Source: Azolla caroliniana (Eukaryota; Plantae; Polypodiophyta). Taken from it: a DNA stretch of 12,055 nt. Where the stretch lies: assembly GCA_043228905.1 (NCBI GenBank), contig JBHGNT010001103.1:1-12055 (forward strand), given 5' to 3'. Below the pieces are notes generated by a model that ran no database searches, was not told where the DNA came from, and was given only the letters and a program-made list of their open reading frames with translations. The position numbers and the translations under genes were made by a program. Of the stretch, positions 6,663 through 12,055 are shown piece after piece. Position 1 is the first letter of the stretch, and every line of letters starts with the position of its first letter.

Positions 6663-9128
6663 GTAAGTTTTCTGCTTTATTCCATTATTTCAAGTAGATC
6701 TTACCCATGATTTCAACATGAGTCAGTCTGTAGTTAAAAGCAAGTTTACTCCACTACTGTGAGTTAATTCTCAAACAATGAGTAAGAACTAGGAGATTGG
6801 CAAATCATGCAACTTTATGGGAATGCAAATCATATGTAGTTTGTGAGGTGGATGAAAATATAGTATCTTATCGAAATGCTCATTGACAGAAACATGATTC
6901 CTTTTGCAGGCTTGGTGTCAGACGCCTTCCATTTGACTTTTGGTTGTGGACTCCTGTCATTTTCTTTCATTGCAATGCTCTTCACAAAAAGATTTCCAGA
7001 TGAAGCCTATACTTATGGGTAAGCTAAACTTTTGTGGCCTTTTTGTTGTCATACTTGATTTTCTTGAATGAAGTAATTCGAGCAAGAATCAAGATTGAAA
7101 TTTAATTGTATAAATTTCCATGGGTCTCTTGCACATTAGTTATTATGGGGAGTTACTGCTAGACAATGTGACATGTGATATCCTTATGATTTATTGTATC
7201 TAGAAGATATGGAGAATTCGTTATCAATTATCTTTGATCTCCATGCAAGTATGAAGTACGATATTAATATAATTGAATTGTATATTTTTCAAAGAATGAA
7301 TTTGTTGGAAAAGTGTATGGTCAATTTCTTGACTGGCCAGTATTTGAATAGTCTGTTGGATATTACCTAGATTGTGTGTCACATACTGTGTTGCACATGG
7401 TTATTTGAACAAAAGGTTGCTTGTGGACATAATTATATGCATCTTGTTGACAAATTCTGCCCATCACTCTCCCGAGAAGCAATAGGAATTCAGAATAAGT
7501 AGAGTTCACTTGATATGAATGTTGATATATGAGCCTCAGCTATCCATGAGCACTGATGATGACGGTCGGTGCTATGGAAAAGTTTTGCGTTGTAAAAATC
7601 TATGCTTCTTGAGATGTATTTCTTGTGTAGTGTAGGTTTTTGTTTTTAAGATGAGAATATCTAGATATTATGACTGTCTCAGTCTCAGATACTCTGATCT
7701 TTATAGTGGGTGTTTGATTTGCAGAATCCTATAGAACTTGTGCAACAATATGAATGCTTGCTTTCTTAGGTAGAGAGTAGAGCCTATTATGCTTTGGACT
7801 TGACACTAATTTTGATTTGCATTCAGGTATAAACGGCTGGAGGTTCTGGCAGCATTCACAAATGCTGTAAGTATCTAACAGTCAGGTTTACGGCATGCTT
7901 GCGGTGTGATTCTATGAGTGAGGCGATAAATAATAATATTTGTGGTTCTTCTGGATAGACAGCTCTTTCTGCTTTTCCTTTCGTTTTCTCTTGCTGTTGA
8001 AGCCCTGCATGCTTTTGTTCACGATGAGTCGGTGCACAAGTAAGACAAGTCGTAGCATTTTGTTTTCTATATTAAAATATTATGATAAATGATTTGATTG
8101 GATGTGGCATCAAAAGGTTGAGAATGAGGTATTTGAGGTTTTGTACAGACACTACCTGATTGTATCAGCAGTAACGAATCTTTTTGTTAACCTTGTGGGA
8201 GTATGGTTTTTTCGTGGCTATGCAAGAATCCGGATAGGTATGAAATATTTTAGCAATGATTTTGACTATTAAAGCTTTTGTTTTGTTTGCGAAATCAGAA
8301 GAAAACATTGTCTATTTATGATGAGCATTTTAGATAGGTAAAAATAAGTTATGGGTTCTACAGTACTGAGTGTTCAACCGCTACATTCTGTATGGATGTA
8401 GCTGGGTTTGTAGGGTTGTCTGGTGGAGACTAGAACATCATGTATTTAACCTTACGTTTGTCTAGAAGGGGGAGGCAGGGAGAAGTAACTCTTCCTGATG
8501 TGAGTGATGCAAATAAATAAGAATGTGCATTACATTGAAAAAGAGAGAGGTGGAATCATAATCTTCGTGATTTCTAATGTGCAGCATACCGAAAGGCCGA
8601 GGATATGAATTATCATTCGATTTTTCTCCATGTGCTATCTGATTCCATCCGAAGGTAGGAACTTTTATATTTAGTGAATGACTTGGGGAATTACATGTCT
8701 TTGAAATTTCTTTGCAATATTTAGGATGCACATGCTTGCACATGCTTGCAATTTAGGATCTATTTTACAGGATAACTGCATGGATCTTCAAAGTAATTCT
8801 AACAGCAGTCCATGAAAAATTGATATTATATAATATGCGAAGAAATATAAAATTTTCATGTGTTTTTATGTTCTATTATATATTAAACACATGAATCTGT
8901 TTAAACAATAAAAGAATCCAATTTCATATCGTATATCATCTGATGTTTCATTTTGATAAAATATTAAACCAAGTACTTTCTGGCTTTAACTTGTTGCTGT
9001 ATTGCACTCATGAATTCACATTTAATTTCTATATTGTATAAATACTTTAAATGAGATCTGGTCTGTGTTTTGTATATACCTTTCTTCAGTGCAGGATTGA
9101 TACTTGCATCGTGGCTGTTAACTCTAGG
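5744..9128 (+). CDS. MTP5: Metal tolerance protein 5 (MTP5/MTPc2; CDF/cation efflux Zn transporter), 5' partial spliced CDS: join(5744..6662,6910..7018,7827..7866,7963..8039,8149..8237,8585..8654,9090..9128,>12055)
   Basis: All introns are GT..AG and the phases join in frame (1343 nt = 447 codons + 2 nt). Manual splice translation: ...RKLLMLIFLNFTYSFVELFLGLLSGRIGLVSDAFHLTFGCGLLSFSFIAMLFTKRFPDEAYTYGYKRLEVLAAFTNALFLLFLSFSLAVEALHAFVHDESVHKHYLIVSAVTNLFVNLVGVWFFRGYARIRIAYRKAEDMNYHSIFLHVLSDSIRSAGLILASWLLTLG. This contains the CDF signature (SDAFH...YGYKRLEVL) and matches plant MTP5 as I recall it (HLTFG in TM2, HVxSD in TM5). The ATG at 5744 is in a strong ACCATGG context. The next expected exon (GVxNAE...) is not found in the window. 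Confidence 0.95.
5867..6010 (+). repeat. Two coding (GAA)n tracts: (GAA)16 at 5867-5914 and (GAA)15 at 5966-6010 (poly-Glu)
   Basis: Perfect trinucleotide runs in frame within exon 1; a Q11 tract (CAA/CAG) follows at 6128-6160. Confidence 0.95.
6910..7018 (+). CDS. MTP5: MTP5 exon 2 (GLVSDAFHLTFGCG...AYTYG)
   Basis: Acceptor cttttgcag| and donor GG|gtaagc; encodes CDF TM2. Confidence 0.95.
7827..7866 (+). CDS. MTP5: MTP5 exon 3 (GYKRLEVLAAFTNA)
   Basis: Acceptor attcag| and donor GCT|gtaagt; encodes part of the CDF signature. Confidence 0.95.
7963..8039 (+). CDS. MTP5: MTP5 exon 4 (LFLLFLSFSLAVEALHAFVHDESVHK)
   Basis: Acceptor gacag| and donor AA|gtaaga; in frame. Confidence 0.93.
8149..8237 (+). 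CDS. MTP5: MTP5 exon 5 (HYLIVSAVTNLFVNLVGVWFFRGYARIRI)
   Basis: Acceptor ttgtacag| and donor G|gtatga; in frame. Confidence 0.95.
8585..8654 (+). CDS. MTP5: MTP5 exon 6 (AYRKAEDMNYHSIFLHVLSDSIR)
   Basis: Acceptor gtgcag| with an upstream ctaat branch-like site, and donor AG|gtagga; encodes the TM5 HxxxD motif. Confidence 0.95.
9090..9128 (+). CDS. MTP5: MTP5 exon 7 (SAGLILASWLLTLG)
   Basis: Acceptor tttcttcag| and donor GG|gtaagc; in frame. Confidence 0.93.
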
Positions 9129-9316
9129 GTAAGCATCGACTTTCATTGTTTTTTTCTCTTCACAATTTATTCTCTACGGTAAGCAACCTTATTGACATGT
9201 AAGCGAGTTCATGTAATTGTTTCTTCACTTGTTTGGTATAATTAAGGTTTGTATGGACGCTGCTTCTTTGTGGTTAATGATTTTGAAGCATGATAGTTTC
9301 AAGGACTTCGCATGCA

Positions 9317-9514
9317 TGATATACACCAAGTGTAGAAATCAGATAAGACACTATTATTCAGGATTGGGGAGGTATGAAATAGCTTGTTATAACATGGGTT
9401 TATCATGTTTTGGCTTGATATACACCAAGTGTAGAAATCAAATAAGACACTATTATTCAGGATTGGTGAGGTATGAAATAGCTTGTTATAACATGGGTTT
9501 ATCATGTTTTGGCT
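9317..9514. repeat. Tandem duplication, 2 x 99 bp, in MTP5 intron 7
   Basis: Copies 9317-9415 and 9416-9514 are 97/99 identical. Confidence 0.95.
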
Positions 9515-9850
9515 GTCAAACGACCTCCAGTGCGCGAGACATGTGGCAGATAATAGAACAGAGAGAAGATAGAATAGAAGAAGCAAGAGCAATGAAGATG
9601 TGGCTAGTTTTAGATAGAACCAAGTACACGCAATAGGTCATGTTGACCTTCTTGAGGACAGCTAGGGTGAGAACCCCCTTTATATACAACCAAGTATGGA
9701 AAAGTTACCATGTTTATTTGCATGGAAAGAATCTAGTCATGCGGATGGGTTGTTGTGATATTGTGATGTAAGATCCAAACTTTGGTTGGTTCCGACTTTA
9801 AAAGCAGGTGCAGTGACCTGCCAACAATCAGCTTGATCTTCCTCGTAACA
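9514..9850 (-). mobile_element. Possible solo or truncated LTR (337 bp)
   Basis: TG...CA ends with imperfect inverted termini (TGTCAAACGA and TCGTAACA). The minus strand has a TATATAAAGGGGG TATA box (9674-9686) followed by a CT-rich R/U5-like tract. The flanks (TTGGC and GATAC) do not form a TSD. Confidence 0.4.
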
Positions 9851-10464
9851 GATACGATACCACCTTCTTTACGCCCTAATAAGTAGGTGAATAAAGATAT
9901 GTATCTTCATGTTTATCTTGAACATAGGAGTGGGGTCTTGCTTTAATAGTTGTGCACGTTCTTTTGTCAAGGGGTTTATAGAACTAGTCGGGTTATTGAC
10001 ATTGAATTGTGCATGCAACTTATAGGATGCAGAAAAATGGATTTGCAGCATACAATTTTATTCTCCTTTGATTTCTCTCTTGTTTCTTATTGTCTTCCAT
10101 CATTCTATCTTGGGCTTGGCTACAACCCTAACATTTTGAATTGGAATGATTCATCAATGACTAAAAGACCTTATATAGTGTTGTTGCATCCATGCATGCT
10201 CGCCACCTTTCAGTCATGCGTAATCAACACTTGGCATTTATGCAAGCATGCCATTTGGCAATCATACATTAGCTTGTGCGAGTTGGCGACATATCGTAAT
10301 ATTATGTTCATAGCCTAGATTATTGACAAGAAATTGTAATAAATATTGTATATAAAATGATAATAATCTATTGGTTAAAGCTTAGATATATATAATAGGG
10401 GTCATGGGTTCAATTCTGTCTATGACCTTTTGGTGGTGACATGATTACTGTAGCATTATGTAGG

Positions 10465-11445
10465 TGTTCATGATGCAAATAACCTATATATCGACCCAAA
10501 ATCAGGAGAAGCACCACCCTAAAGATCAATTAGACAATCATATGGCAGTGCTTGTGTAGACAATCTGCATTTTGTTTGTCAAATACGTCAAGGAGACCAT
10601 TGTATTGAGCTGTAAGTGGGACTGTTGTAGAGTCCTGAATGAGTGATTAAAAGGAGGTTGGCACGATGAGGATGATGTATATTTGAGTAACTTCGGCTAA
10701 CATTGTGCATCGGCCTTGGTGGAGTCAAGTATACAAACGGACATGCCTTTTATAATGGAGCAGTAAATGTCATATCTACCATTGGATCAAGATAGTTAAT
10801 TGTTGGATCACATGTTGTAGCTATGGTGGGGGTAAAGCTAGCAACCGGAGCAAAACTTGTAGTTACAGCAAGGATGGGCATTGCTGTACCCGTCAAAGTT
10901 GCCTGGTAATGTAAGTAGGGGCATTACTCTGTAGATGAGAGGAAGTAATTAGGGATTTGTGTTGAGAACTTCATGGGCCAAGTTCGTCAATCTATCGTCA
11001 GATTGTGTGATTCAGGCCAAGGTAATTTGAGGATAACAGGGTGGTGCAAAGGAGCAATGGAATTGATTGCAATATCTTTTGATGTGATGTGATCGGGATA
11101 ATTTAAGGGGTTCCTGCTCATTAACCAACACAACTGAAATAGGAATATGCTTTCGCAGGACAGTATGAAGGAAGGATTGTGGAGCCGTAATCTATTTGAG
11201 CAAGTATCTTGAAACTAGGGGGTAGTTCGGATATACAACTGGAGCCCTGGCAAAGGTCTTGTCTATGTTGTCCAGGTGCACGGCTCTTACCGCTACAGGC
11301 CAACCCTGTTTCTGATTGGTTGACTGAATCCATCATCACAAATTCAATAAAAGTTTTTTAATATGACCCTGAATTCCTCATCGAATCTGATTGAGGAGGC
11401 TTGTTCATCCCAATGGATGTCACATGCTAATTGCCGAAACAAGGT
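10465..11445 (-). mobile_element. Degenerate Ty3/Gypsy LTR retrotransposon internal fragment (gag, aspartic protease, RT N-terminus)
   Basis: Minus-strand translation gives, in correct order: gag FRQLACDIHWDEQA / NQIR*GIQGHIKKLLLNL (about 11445-11340); protease KILAQIDYGST, a decayed IDSGAT (11210-11178); protease C-terminus HPVILKLPWPESHNLTID*, compare ILGLPWL..HNP.IDW (11043-10987); and pre-RT QYNGLLDVFDKQNADCLHKH / PYDCLIDL*GGASPDFGSIYRL, compare DVF.K..AD.LP.HRPYDC.IDL..G..PPFGPIY.LS (10610-10480). Confidence 0.85.
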
Positions 11446-12055
11446 GACTCAACAATGTGGATATGCTATTTGTGAGAGTGCAAAGGCAAGATAGTCCTTG
11501 CATCAAGTTGAGAACCAAATCACTTTCAATCAAATAGTAAGAAGTTCAAGGTTCATCAGTAAGAGTTATTACAAGAGATGGCACTTTGATCCTTGAGGCA
11601 AGAGGTGCAGGTGCAAGGTCTAGTCTTCACCACAAATTCAAGAAAAGTTAAAGAAAACAAGGTAGAAAGATAGAGTAAGACAATGCGACCAACATCGCCT
11701 AATTTGGACTTCTTTCCACGTTAGACAAGGCACCTCTACTTTGTTACCTTGTTGTAATGTCATCCAACCTCATAAGCAAACATATTATGACTTGTTTTCT
11801 TCCTTAAGTAGAATTGACCCCTCCTTTTGTAGGCCTCCAAAAAATAACGGTCAAGAGTTAAAATAGGGCATTACTTTTTTCTTCCATCTTGTCGTCATTT
11901 TTTCTTTACACAGAAATGCTTTTCTTTTATGCCTATTGCTGTTAATTGCATTTTATCTAGAAAGATTTGTCCTCAAATTACATGTATGGCCTTCCCCAAA
12001 TTACAATTAATGCTTAAGCCATATCCCAACTCTCTTGGAACTTAATTCGTAAGCT

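Noticed and set aside
9217-9636. 139-aa ORF with an internal 33-aa repeat
   Set aside because: An artefact of the 99-bp in-frame tandem duplication in the intron, with a non-ATG start and no homology recognised.
9850-9862. Minus-strand TGGTATC as a tRNA-Met primer-binding site
   Set aside because: Only 7 nt match, it is not preceded by an LTR CA end, and it is on the wrong side of the candidate LTR.
11820-11850. Acceptor-like TTTTGTAG as the start of MTP5 exon 8
   Set aside because: The downstream sequence does not encode the expected VxNAE.LCLG segment, and no suitable donor was seen.

Overview
Eukaryotic land-plant genomic DNA; the style of the Gypsy remnant suggests a seed-free plant such as a fern, lycophyte or bryophyte, but this is inference. 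The only intact gene is the 5' part (7 GT-AG exons, 5744-9128, +, 447 codons so far) of a cation diffusion facilitator recognisable as metal tolerance protein 5 (MTP5/MTPc2). It has an unusually long His-, Glu- and Gln-rich N-terminus, and its remaining exons lie beyond the window. Upstream are a complete 531-bp non-autonomous hAT element with an 8-bp TSD (818-1348), several tandem-repeat arrays (1447-2153) and a decayed Mutator-like (MULE/SWIM) transposase (about 2321-5203) ending about 540 bp before the MTP5 ATG. That transposase contains a perfect zinc-deficiency response element (ATGTCGACAC, 4211-4220). Intron 7 (over 2.9 kb, not closed in the window) holds a 99-bp tandem duplication, an LTR-like segment and a degenerate Ty3/Gypsy gag-protease-RT remnant on the minus strand. 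I see no convincing wholly new system. The best leads are the metal-binding-like MTP5 tail, the TE-borne ZDRE upstream of a zinc transporter, and the domain layout of the MULE.
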